Assembly (NCBI GenBank): GCA_051362555.1 | Contig: CM120640.1 | Location: 1,240,001 to 1,304,000 of the forward strand | Direction of reading: 5' to 3' | DNA length: 64,000 nt | DNA from: Lingula anatina | Lineage: Eukaryota > Animalia > Brachiopoda | Shown: positions 1-11,864 of the stretch, one piece after another | Position numbering within the stretch: the first letter of the stretch is position 1 | How the letters are laid out: each line of letters opens with the position of its first letter | The notes under the pieces: generated by a model | Databases searched by the model: none | What the model saw: only the letters and a program-made list of their open reading frames with translations | Told to the model about the DNA's origin: nothing | Translations under genes and position numbers: made by a program

Positions 1-794
1 TAGCGTCAAGTTTTTTCTTCAGCACCAGAACCTTAGCTCTGGCAGCTTGATCTCCTCCGCTGCTTTCTTCATCTGCCTGTACGTCAGAAACAACTTCAAC
101 ATTTATGGTATTAAACGACTGGCAAGTCTGAATAATTCAATGTTGTTTAATCAATATCCTTGCATGTGCCCTACCTATTATGACAGTTTTGAGAAAAACC
201 GCAGAACTTGGTTTAATGACAAGGCCAAGTTTTTGGTGCAGTAAACTTCAACAAACTGCCAGAAATGAATCATATGTAGATTTTGTTTCATTCAGCTATC
301 TGCTAGTCACAACTGTCCGTCACCATGAATATTTCAGTAGTAAAAATACTATGTCAAAGCCAAAACTGCAGCAATTGTTTGATTAATTCATGATATTTGA
401 AGACAGCATCTGGTGTTTAAGTATACAATACAGGTGAAAATAATACCATTTAAAGAATACAAGCACAACAATGACAGCAAATTATAAGGAGAAAATTGAC
501 TGAGTGACTATATTTCGTGCCTCCTTACATTGGTATGGTAATGACTCATGATTTTTTCAATAGAAAAAATGTGAATTTATGTACACCTTATCTTTTTAAA
601 GTTATAAATTCTAAATATTAGCACATTCCTTTTGCAAAAATGAAATTACCTTATAATTACAATTGTATTCTATACAGTTATAGCACCACAAATGCTATAC
701 AGAAATATATTTTAAATGGTTCCAAAACTGTGTATTTTGAAGACAGATAATTTCCCTATTAAAAAAACAGAGACCCATTAGTGCTGCATTTATA

Positions 795-837
<43 letters not shown>

Positions 838-3800
838 CAAAAAAAAAAAAGTTCAAATAAAGATAAATTAAGAGCAAAAACAAGTCAAACAGTTGTCATC
901 AAAAAACAGCATGATTCTTAGAGGAACTGGTCATCAAATTATGTAATTTTTCAAGAGTTTTGGTCTTGCTGTTTTTGGTTTTGCTGTTGCTATTACTCTA
1001 CATAATGTTCTTACTTTTTTGGATCGTAAAATCCCTAACTATGCAAGGTTACTTTTTATTGACTATAGTTCTGCTTTTAACACGATATCGCCTTTTAAAC
1101 TTCACGAAAAACTTATTAACTCTCTCCATTTTAGTAAATCACTAAGTAATTGGATTTTAAATTTCTTAATTAATCGTACACAACAGGTCAGAGTCGGCAA
1201 TAACTTTTCCAAGATTATAGAGATAAATACTGGCACGCCTCAGGGCTGCGTCATTTCGCCTCTCTTATATTCTCTGTTTACATCCGACTGTGTGGCTTCG
1301 TATCCTGATTGCTTGATTGTTAAGTTTGCAGATGATACCACCTGCGCTGGCCTTATTAGCACTTCCGAGTCTGACTATCGAAATCAAGTTTCGGCCCTTG
1401 TTTCATGGTGCTCTGAAAACGACCTCGAGCTTAACGTTAAAAAGACAAAAGAAATTATTGTAGATTTTAGGAAAAACCCAACAGAAATTAGCCATCTTAC
1501 GCTGAATGGTTCTGAGGTTGAAATAGTCAGACATTTCAAATTTCTTGGCATACATATATCTGATGATCTTAAATGGCATATTAACATAGATGATATTGTC
1601 CGCAAAGCTCAGCAAAGACTCTACTTCCTACGACGATTGAGGTCATTCTATGTCAACCAAGAACTGCTGGCAAAATTTTACCGGGCTGTGATTGAGAGTG
1701 TGCTAACACAATCTTTCACCGTCTGGTACAGTAGTGCTACAGTAGAGGACAAGAATCGCCTCAACCGCGTAGTAAAAACTGCCAGGCGCATTGTAGGTAG
1801 GGACCTGCCGTCTATTGAATGTTTGTATACGAGACGAGTGCTCAAGAAAGTAAAGTCAATCACGAGTGACCCTGGTCACCCAGCGAATAGCCTACTTATG
1901 CATATGTCAACAAGCCGACTGCGGTCATTAAAAGCAACCTCCACGCGCACTAAGAATAGTTTTTATCCATCAGCAGTACGTATTTTTAATGAACAAAATG
2001 TATTTTAATAACTCCACTGTATCACATTTTATCGACAGATCATACCAACTTTCATTTTATACTTGTATAAATATGACAATAAATTATTATTATTATTATT
2101 AAGTAGATATGGAGTAAACAGGCACTAACTACAGTGACATGTGACATATGAGATAAAAAAGTTTACTTTTTAACCCACCTTTTCACTCCCTTTCTTTGCT
2201 TCAGCATCTTTCTGTGCTGCCTTGGCCTTGGCTTTGGTTTGAAGTTTCAGCTTAGACAGCTTGGCATTTGTTTCCTAGGGAAGAAAAACATTTCTAGTTA
2301 AATTTTTAATCATCTTGTGTATCAGCTCCCTGTGCTACTGTTTTATAATGTATTAAACCAGTACAATTTGTCAGAAGTCTACAGTCATGACAGGGGAGGT
2401 TCACTCATGAATCAGTTTTACATCCTGCATTTTAATGTTGAGGAAAACTCACTCTTTATGATAAACAAACAAACCAACATTTACAGAACATTTTAATAAT
2501 ACATATCTTCATATAACTGAAAAAAAAAATAAACTCTGTGCGAATCAAATATTTCTGTTTATAATATGATGGACAAGGCTGGGGTATATTCCAGACATAT
2601 GTATGGCCTTCACATATTTAATGACATCAACATTTGTCACTGACAACTGAAAACTGAAGACATATGAACTTCTATGAACTTCATGAACTATGGTTTTGCC
2701 AGCTGCTAAAAACTATTCATTTTGATTAAAAAAAAAATTGACAAATATATTTTGTGAAATTGGTAATGATATATGTTATTCAAAAGTAGATAAAGATATA
2801 ATAGGGTTTTCAAGGGGAAAGATTTATCATAATATCTTAAGAATGAGGTCTTAAGATAATAAGATATGCATGTAATATAAAGCATATATAAGAAGAAACA
2901 AAATCTACAGAGACAAAGATGTGACAAGAAAACACATGACCCAAAACTTAAATTCAACCAAAACATTGGGTTATTATTTTATGTTACTTGGCAATTTACC
3001 ACAAGGTCAAGCTTACTACTATTCCACCCCACCCAAATATTAGCAGTATATAATTATTCTGATACCTGAGCATAAAATGGGACAAAGAAAACAGGTCTAC
3101 TGTCTTTGAATCATACTTAAACTTTCTTTTAAACGAGATATTCAGATGATCTCGAGCAATACCAATTTTACCTCTAATTCTTTCTCTTTGGTCTTGAGGG
3201 AGGCATCCCTCTCTCTGATCATTTCCTTCAGCTGGCTTATAAGGCCATTCTGTTGGTCCAGCTGGTCCTGCAGTTCTGAGGCTGCCACTGAGCTCTCCTG
3301 TCCCTCACCTCCCTGAGTCTGGAACACAGGGAAGAACTTTACTGCTTTACTGGAGTTGTTGTAACATAAAGTTAAACCCCCTCATATTCAGATGTATAAA
3401 CATGGAAATGCTTCTAAATAATTTCTAATTCAAATTGTTATACATACTTTATCATAAAGGTTTTTTTCATACATTTATTTGCAAGGACATGAAGGGTACA
3501 TCCTGAACATGCATACAACATGCACATAGCCATACTTTTTATTGACCAAAGAAAAATTCAAGCTCAATATTACACATTTTCATTGCATTCATCTAAAAAA
3601 AAAGATTAAACATGTATATGCATTTACATCTATTTCATATTGAATTTCACATCTCATCATTTTCCCATTAGAAACCACAAACCTGTCCTGTCATCGCTAC
3701 AATATGATGTATCTATAAGCAACATGCAGGTAATATCATGCATTATTTACTTCACTGATTAACCACAAGTTAAGATGATGAGCAGTAAACTGGGCAAAAG

Positions 3801-4420
3801 AATTATATAATTTTATTGCTATAAATAAACCTTTGTTTTGTTATTGATTTGCATTTAAATGTGCCACACTTCTACACTGAATCAAGACTGTAAAACCATG
3901 GTGATACAGACTTGAATTAACCTGCACTTGTCTTGACTGGCTCATATAGAGCATTCACTGAACCTGGTAAATATTTAAATAGACCAATCCTGGCATTAGC
4001 TGTCAACAGCAAACATCACACACAGAGGATCAGAATGGCAGGAGTTGGTAATGAAATGTGTTTCAGCTAAAAGAAATCTTTGGAAATATTGATGTCAAAA
4101 TCTTGTTTTGCATGTGTGTCAAAATTTGAAATGGCAAAAAAACTATATAACTGAGAATAAAGGGGAAGAGAACAAAACATGACCAAAATCTTTTTCTCTT
4201 AGGTATTTTCCACTTGTATATCATTGTCTTTATCTATAAAGTTTTAAAATTCCTTTATCTCTTAGGTTTTTAAATTCCTGAAGCATGATAATTTAATCCA
4301 TGAGCACCCAGTAAGCACAGTATGTATTTATAAGGCAGTACTAGTACAGGAGTGTCAATATGCCAGGTACTCCACATAAAGTTGTCTCACCTGGGGCATG
4401 TCACATGACCCTGTAGACAT
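1..4420 (-). CDS. GOLGB1: Giantin (golgin subfamily B member 1)-like coiled-coil protein, N-terminal exons; the gene continues past the left edge of the window
   Basis: Phase-0 exons with GT/AG ends: 4391-4420 (MSTGSCDMPQ, tentative start), 3172-3318 (TQGG...QQNGLISQLKEMIRERDASLKTKEKELE), 2179-2274 (ETNAKLSKLKLQTKAKAK...) and <1-76 (ADEESSGGDQAARAKVLVLKKKLDA). The spliced string LISQLKEMIRERD...KLSKLKLQTKAK resembles, from memory, the giantin N-terminus (LVVELKDIIRQKD...KIKKLKLHAKAK). Confidence 0.65.
797..850. repeat. Poly(T) run directly followed by a poly(A) run
   Basis: About 40 T, one C, then about 12 A. Confidence 0.9.
983..2100 (+). mobile_element. 5'-truncated non-LTR retrotransposon (CR1/L2 group, Rex1/Babar-like) with an uninterrupted RT C-terminal ORF, antisense in a giantin intron
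   Basis: ORF 1019-2008 has RT motifs YARLLFIDYSSAFNTI, GTPQGCVISPLLYSL, KFADDTT, FKFLGIHI and KAQQRLYFLRRL. RT-like coding begins abruptly near 983 (AVAITLHNVL). A short 3' UTR with AATAAA ends in a (TTA)n tail at ~2084-2100. Confidence 0.92.
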
Positions 4421-5544
4421 CCAGGTGATGCTACTAGATATTTTCTCATCATGTTAAAGAAATGCCAAAAGCATTCCATGTTAATATAGCTTTAAAAGCA
4501 TGTCAGTTAAAATGTATGTTTTTTACTGAAAGTGAGTTTTATTTCAAGTGACAGTTTAGATCCCCAACAACAGTTGATTACATACTAGTAACCTTTGTTA
4601 GAGATATTTCCTTTTTGCTTTTCTTGTATTATGAAGGGACTATGATTAATCCACAGACACATATTTTATCAAAAATAAAAACTGTGAATATTTCTTTGAC
4701 TAAATTTACCAAATTATAAATGCAGTAATCAATCACTGCCATTTACTCAGCACATACCAAGAGTGAGCCCAAAGTTGGCAGTTTGTCAATACAGTCATAG
4801 CTTCAATCTGTAAGCTAAGGGCAATGAACTCTCACATTACATTATTTACCCACATACTGATGTCAACAACAACTGACTGTTGGCATCTCTATTTTGGCAT
4901 GACAAGTCTGCTAAACCATTCAGATCTTGCAGGCCTGAAGACAAAGGGGATGCTGCAGTACAGAAAGGTCCCCTCTGAATCAAGATTTGACCTATAAGTT
5001 CTATGCCATTTTTTAGGTTGGACCAACTAAGGGGTAAAAAGGTCCATCCCTTCCCCCCACGTACCTCCCCTCCCCCCTTGATACTGCTTGCAACAAGCCT
5101 GTCTTGTGTGTACTACATTTTACTGTAATCTTTATTAAAATTGTAAAACGCAGCCAGACAGTAAAACAGGATGAAGGTTATCAGCTGTATATAAAGGTGA
5201 TATCTACTACTCCTGGGAAAAGGTAGAAGAGTGGAGAGAGGGGGAAATAGAGCAGCAAAATGGGGAAGTGTAATGTCATAGGTGTCTACTTTATACTCTA
5301 GAGAAAGTGTGCATAAAATTATAAACTGTCAACCCTTAGTAAGTGAAAACTCAAAAATGTATTCGTATCATTCTGAATATCAAACCATGTTCAATAATAC
5401 AAAACAGCTACACTGACAAAATACATAACAAGTTAATATCACGGAGAGTAAAAAAAAAAATACTAGTACTGAAAACATGGCAGTTTGGGCAGTCTGATGG
5501 TATATTGCTTATGTCATTGGAGCTCCTCCTTTGAAATTTCTACC

Positions 5545-5699
5545 GCTTTATCTCTCCTTCCAACTCTTCCCATTCTTTTTTTTCTCACTCTCTCTCTCCC
5601 TTTCTCTGTACTATCTTCCTTCCCTTTATCTGTCTTCTCTTTTCTCCCTCATCTATCTCTACTCCCTTGTCTTCCTATCACTCCTCCATGCTTTCACTC

Positions 5700-5735
<36 letters not shown>

Positions 5736-5801
5736 GCCATCCTCTCTCCTCCCTCCCTTTTCCCTCTATCTCCTCCTTCCCACCCCCTATTCCCTCTCTC
5801 T
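5545..5801. repeat. Pyrimidine-rich low-complexity tract with a (CT)n microsatellite
   Basis: C/T-dominated stretch with a pure (CT)n core at ~5703-5733. Confidence 0.9.
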
Positions 5802-6949
5802 ACCACACAAACAGTTCCACTGCACCCACTGTTACTGACCTGAGGCTGTTCCTCGGGGTAGGCCCCCTGTACAGCCTGAGAAAGACGGCTCCACATGGTT
5901 CACCAGGCTTTAACACACTAGACATGTAGTACTCTGCAACACATGGTGTATCTGAAAGTGAAAATGAAAGTACAGACAGAGATGAGATTGCCATTCAGTG
6001 AAAAATTTAGAAGATATGGCATGAGGTCCAGGGGGGCCTCCTGGGCCAATGATATTTTGGGCTCCCCAAAAAAATCTGCAAAGAGTCGGACATATAAATA
6101 TCATCACCAGGGGGAGATTGAAGCCGTCTAATAGGTCTTCCAAAAGACAGTAACTAGTAGATATTAAAGTTTACACTGACAGGTATCTATTTTTTTGTGG
6201 AAAGATGGTCAAAAATGGAGGATGAATCAACAAAGATAATTTAGAAGACTGTCAGAAAATAACCCTGGATACGCCCCTGATCTCTAGATATAGATCTTTC
6301 CTTTACAATAACTACTCCTAGAACTGCTTCTAGTGCCAACTTGCGACCTTCTTATATACTCAGTATCCAGATATGCTGAATTAAAATACATATATATATA
6401 TTCACACACACACCTCTTCTAATAAAACACAAAGTAAAATAATGTTAAAAGTAGGCCTCGTGCCCTTCATAAGACACTAATTGGGGGGGGGGGGGGGGGG
6501 GATTTATACTTACTAGAATTATAATACCGGAATAAATACATTGATAAGCTCCAAGTAAATAATTAAACGGCACACTTTTCAGTCATTCAAGTCCAGAAAA
6601 TGTTAATTAACACAGATTTTTTTTAGTTTAAAAAAACTTAAAAGGGAGATATGCTTTATCATAAATGTAACATTTTTAAAATTAAAATATATTGGTGCAT
6701 CACACTTCAAACGTCACGGTATTGCAAGGGCAATATCTTACTGGGAAAAAGTATTTGAGGGCAGATTATGTTGATCAGTGCTATACAGCGTTGAAGCTGA
6801 GCGGAATAAAGAGTTTCTCTTAGTAAAATTACGACAGGTGCGTGATGTAGGGGACACGGCAGACACACATAAGGTACTCAAGTTGCATTAGTGTTTTAGT
6901 TCTATAAATATCATATCACAAGCAATAATGATTCAAGCTATATAAAACA

Positions 6950-7170
6950 CCTACATTTGTTAAAGTAATGCACTGAAATAATCCTAGCCCAATCCTGTAA
7001 AAAGATTTCAAAGAAAAAGTTGTTGGAAGCAGGTCCCAGCCTTCCACGTCGTCGCCATTATTTCTCGTCAATTCACGCGTGAACTTCTCTGGCCTTGACT
7101 TGGTCCATTTGGAGTAGTCGCGTGCCGAGATTTATCTCCGGATAGCGTGCGTCAGGTGCATGGCCTTTCT
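6950..7170 (-). promoter_or_regulatory. Probable promoter / non-coding first exon of the giantin-like gene
   Basis: Locally CpG-rich segment in an AT-rich background. A YY1-like AATGGCG lies on the minus strand at ~7053-7059, and a possible donor lies near 6949. Confidence 0.35.
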
Positions 7171-10100
7171 TCAACTTTAAAGCTGTCGTAATGACTATGT
7201 ACGTCTGAATGAAATTTTGGAAAACAAAATACTTTTCATTATTGTTTAAATGAACACACATCGTTCGATAAGATTGCAAAAAAATTGAGGAGGCGTTAGT
7301 TTTAATTTAAAATAGGCCTAATTAAATAGCCTAATTAAGTAGACCAACTGGTAAATAGGCTAGGTAGGCCTACATAATAACAATAATAATAATAAGAAGA
7401 AGAAGAAGAAAAGAAAAGATACGTATATAAATAAATATTGAAATATTAATAATAGATATTATAAAAGAAATAATAAGCAAATTGATAGGCCCAATATGAA
7501 AATAAGGCCAAATCTGCCAAATAAATAATAATAACATTTATTAATTAAAAGGCCCTACTTGCATTTTAGTGCTGTTTACAGAAAAAAAACAATGAAGGTG
7601 AACACAACTTAATACGCTAGGGCTTTAAATAAAAGAATATCTGATTAAAAGACGCAGCCTAAAATGAAGTGTTAATGATGATAAGTGATTAAAAGGAGCC
7701 TACATGCATTATAAAAAGTTGCATTTTATGAACTCAGAAGAATTTCCAAGTAAAATGTAAAGTTAGTTAAAATACTGTTGATTTTTTTAAATATTAACGC
7801 CAGCTTCGGTCTTGATATACCTACAATGACGGCTCAATCCATAGGGTGGATTGATAACATGAACGAGTGGTCAGTGGTAGGTTAGTACCGTACAGTAGTT
7901 CTAGTAGCAAGCTGAGGTGGCTGTATCATGGCGCAAAAATAATGTGGACTTAGAGCTCTGGCATGCTTAAAATCTTATTATGTCCCAATAAAATTAACAG
8001 TAAATTTAAGAAATAAATTTCTGGCAAAATGGGAGAAAGTCTGATTCTTTAAAAATACATGAAAATAAAACCAAGTAGATAGGCTTATAACACTCATTTA
8101 GCATAAGATCTAGGTCTTAGTATGGTTATGGCATCGGATGGTTTTATTGTTAAATGGTAGTAATTGGTTTCAGCGGAGGCATTTCATTTTAAAGTAGTGG
8201 GCCTAGCGCTACAGTGTATAGAGCTATAGTAGGCCCCTCTCTGCTCTTAATAAATCTGGCAACACTTCCCCTGGTGTTATGCATGAAATGTGACGCATGC
8301 AAGATGTTTAATTATTGCAAAGTGAAACTGGAAAAGACCCTTAAATTATAAAGAAAAGAGTAGTAGGCCTATACAATACAATATTTGTGACGTGATCGAG
8401 AAATGGAATCAAAAATTTGTTCGGGATAAGAACACATTTTGGAGGTCAGTTTTGTGGATCAGAAAAGGAATTTCATCAGCTGTGCTATGTTAAAAGAATA
8501 AAGTAATTTTTTCTTCAATCAACAGCTTAATATTATATATCATATTATATATTATATTAATGGGGGTAAACTATTTCAATATTCAATTGTTGATAAAAGA
8601 AAAAATTACTTTATTCAGATTTGTGGAGTATTTTCAAGCCTGTGTACTGTACACGTGTACCTGCACGCACCTTTGAAAAGTCAATGTAACTCGGATACAT
8701 TAGTTAAACTAACTAACGAGTACTTGATCGATCGGCAATTTCCGTACATTTCTGTGACTTTATGACGAGCATGAAGTAAGACTTTCAGTACAGAGCTAAT
8801 GATCGTTTCCTAAAAATGTAATTATTGCCGCACCTCTAACGTATGTGGAGAGATTCCAAACGAGAAAACAAATAGCAGTAGAAATCGTTAAGGTTTTGAC
8901 AATAAACACTTGTTAACCTCTTGACAAATGGATTGTTTTCTCTGCTGTAGAATCCAAACACTAAATGAAACAAAGGAACTGATTTGCTGAGAATTATTCT
9001 ACCAGATTTCAGGAGATCGTTTTATAGCAGGGAGACTCAAAAATTTTTGTCTTTCGTGTAATTCCAGAAATTAATAATAATTTTATTCTATTTTTTGATC
9101 CTCTGACATTTTGTTGGACATTATGAGAGCGTTCAAGACGTTTTCACTGTTCTCAATATATAGCTCCACATAACTATGTTAAAAAATTTATCAAAAGTAA
9201 GAATTGTTTGTCCTAGTGGAACTTATAAATAATAACAAGATGTATCCATTCTGACACACACAAAAATATCGAACTAAATTAAACCTTCCTTACTGTTGCT
9301 GGCAACACCATCTCTCTTTCTCAAATCAATCTAGCTTAATTTTACTGAAGCAGAAATTTTGTAACTTGTCAGGAATCGAGTATGATGTCTTACGTGTCAG
9401 AATATGTCTAGGATGTTTATGTTAAATAAGTCAATAAATAGTTTGCGGCTAAATTCGAGGTGTTGCCACCCTTTTAATAAACCAGAGTGACGTCTTTTGC
9501 CAAACGTCATTATCTTTAGTTGTTTGGTGTTTGTAATATTTCAGCCATATTTTAGCCATTTATAAAATCTTCACTTCAGTTCCATCCATGATTAGCTAGA
9601 CGATATGGTGACAGGGAACAGTTAAATGTTTTACACGACACGGAAAATAAAACTGCATTCTTTTAGAAATAAATTTGCTAAAAATTCGTTACCACGCATT
9701 GTAAAAAATATACTTAAAATTGGGGGAAATGTATCAGTAAAATACACGCGCACCTTCTAATACCCCTTTAGCCCAGTATAAAGTTCAAATATTATCTAAA
9801 AGGGTTGTTGCTTTTAAAACTTTCATTACTCAAACCTCGTTATGAATCAAACCTCGTTATGAACCAAAAAAGTTTTCATGATTGTACAAGAAACTAGATT
9901 TATTGCTTGTTGTGACCAGAGTTTTAGAAAAGGCAGAGTTTGCTAAAATATCTTGAAGCTCATTTTTCACTTTTCTGTTTTCTTCAAATAGAGCTATATT
10001 TTGAGAATCAGCGTTTACGGTCACACTGCTGCCAAAGTTTCTTCTCAAAAAACAAAGAGAGAGAGAGAGATTTAGCAACAGAATGGAGCATGTCAAATTA

Positions 10101-10271
10101 AACTAAACAGATAGACCTGATGCAGTGCCTTACTGCCAAAGCCGAGAAACAAAAATCAAGTCAAGTGTTCAAGTGAAGTTATTCATCAGCGGCTGTGTAG
10201 GTTCCCATAGTGTAGGCTATGCGATAGTTATGATCTTTACCAAGCCCTTTCCCCATCAAATCACAGTTATG

Positions 10272-10939
10272 CACCCTGAGCTTCAGAGCTAACTTGACAC
10301 TAACCTTTTCACTGTAGCCTATCTCCATCGTGTCAAGTAACCTCTGACGAAAATAGTTTGACCTAGTTTATATAAGCCAATCAAATCCATGTTTTAAAAT
10401 TTTTCACCAAAGTTTGGTGAAAACGCTGATTGGTTGACCGTCAATCGGCAATCCTCGGCTGATTCCGCAAGCTCCATACTAACAACAAAGTTATTGTCGA
10501 GTGCGGAGACATCCGAGTAGTTCCGAGTGTATTACCGTACACAAAGAAAGCAAGGCGAGTGACTACGAAAAAGAATGTGTTAAGTTATCTCTTGATTCTT
10601 TGCAAAATATGAGTAAATCGGAATTGAAACCATAGGGTCTAGCAGTTTGAGGCCCTGCATCATTATCTACTGAGAGACGATGTTATTTGCGTGCTGCCCA
10701 CAGGTTACGGCAAGTCCCTGATATTCAGCCTTATCTTTGATTGGTCCGGATTTGAACAAAGCGCGCTTTGACTCGTTCGCGTTCATTGGCTAGATCGTTT
10801 AATGAGTCATTGAGTGCGGGCTTTTAAATTTGATTGGCGGGCGGCGGAGGCAATCGAATCTGGTCAGAGGTTACTTGACACGATGGAGATAGGCTACAGT
10901 GAAAAGGTTAGTGTCAAGTTAGCTCTGAAGCTCAGGGTG
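10272..10939. mobile_element. Non-autonomous DNA transposon (668 bp) with ~77-bp TIRs, an 8-bp TSD and an internal RecQ-like helicase remnant
   Basis: The left end CACCCTGAGCTTCAGAGCTAACTTGACAC...AACCTCTGAC (10272-10348) is the reverse complement of 10863-10939. CAGTTATG flanks both ends (10264-10271 and 10940-10947). Confidence 0.9.
10561..10735 (+). pseudogene. RecQ-like SF2 helicase N-terminal fragment (Q-motif and motif I) inside the transposon
   Basis: Reads ...SELKP* then, after a frameshift, QFEALHHYLLRDDVICVLPTGYGKSLIF (10643-10726). LPTGxGKSL is the RecQ motif I pattern. Confidence 0.75.
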
Positions 10940-11067
10940 CAGTTATGTCACGACACCGTGTATTAGATAAACAGTTTTTACGGCAAATGTAGATCCACTG
11001 AAAAGGAATATGGATCACTGAACAATGCCTTTCAAAGGACAGCAACTCATCCACATGAGTAAATCCC

Positions 11068-11548
11068 ACTAAGGGCTCATTCCCAATGAAACTATCGTTC
11101 TGCGTAGATCGATCTAACTCCTCAGGGATTCTCGCTGAATGCAATCAGATTATCTAAATGACTCACTTCCTCGTTTCCAACGGTCTCATACACTCACCAG
11201 CTTTTCTGTATTCTACTCAACGCAAGAGTAGGCGTGTTAATCTGTTAATTTGATTGCATTTAGCGAGAGTTCCCTCGGAGTTGGATCGATCTGTGTACAC
11301 AGCTAGACCCCATTTCCAGAGATTAGATCGATCTACTTTAGATCGACCTAACTCCCTGGGGGTTCACGCTAAAAAGCTGTCAGCCGAGCGGGCACGAAAG
11401 TTAATTACCCTCTTACAGCTTGTAGTAGGCGGGACGGACATTTAAGCCGGATTATCTGACAGTTATCTAGTGAGACTCCCCGCGGGGATAGATCGATCTA
11501 AAAGCTCTGGGAATACAGCCATAGTTTCACTGAGAATAAGCCCTTAGT
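11068..11548. mobile_element. MITE, PIF/Harbinger-like termini, with internal inverted repeats
   Basis: ACTAAGGGCTCATTCCCAATGAAACTAT at the left matches, with a few mismatches, the reverse complement of ATAGTTTCACTGAGAATAAGCCCTTAGT at the right. An internal imperfect IR pairs ~11105-11152 with ~11246-11295, and GATCGATCT recurs. Confidence 0.7.
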
Positions 11549-11864
11549 CACTTGCGGATTACCCCCTCATTTGCTAATAGTTATTCTTCTCACATGAATG
11601 GTCTCATCTCTTTGTTACGGACTGCAAGTGTTCACGAGTTTCTGGAGCACCGATTCCCGTTTCTAACACCATTATAATTGCATCACCGTGAGCGTGCATT
11701 AATTTTACATAATAAATAACACACAGATTTACGTGGGAACGCAGGCATTCTTGTTCCTATGACTAGAGACATTTCTCCGTTTTTACTCAGATTGAGTGCT
11801 TGGATATACGCTACCTGCCAAAAGTGACATTTTAGTATTTAGATCATTTGACATTCAGAAAAAA

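Noticed and set aside
695-883. Poly-Lys ORF (a similar one lies at 41431-41679)
   Set aside because: It is a translation of homopolymer runs.
5485-5929. Leu/Ser/Pro-rich ORFs
   Set aside because: They are translations of a CT-rich low-complexity tract.
7008-7058. Minus-strand ATG GCG ACG as the giantin start codon
   Set aside because: It reaches TGA after 16 codons with no donor before it; it is more likely a leader uORF or YY1-like site.
8390-10100. Possible degraded DNA transposon
   Set aside because: I could not identify matching termini, a TSD or transposase motifs by eye.
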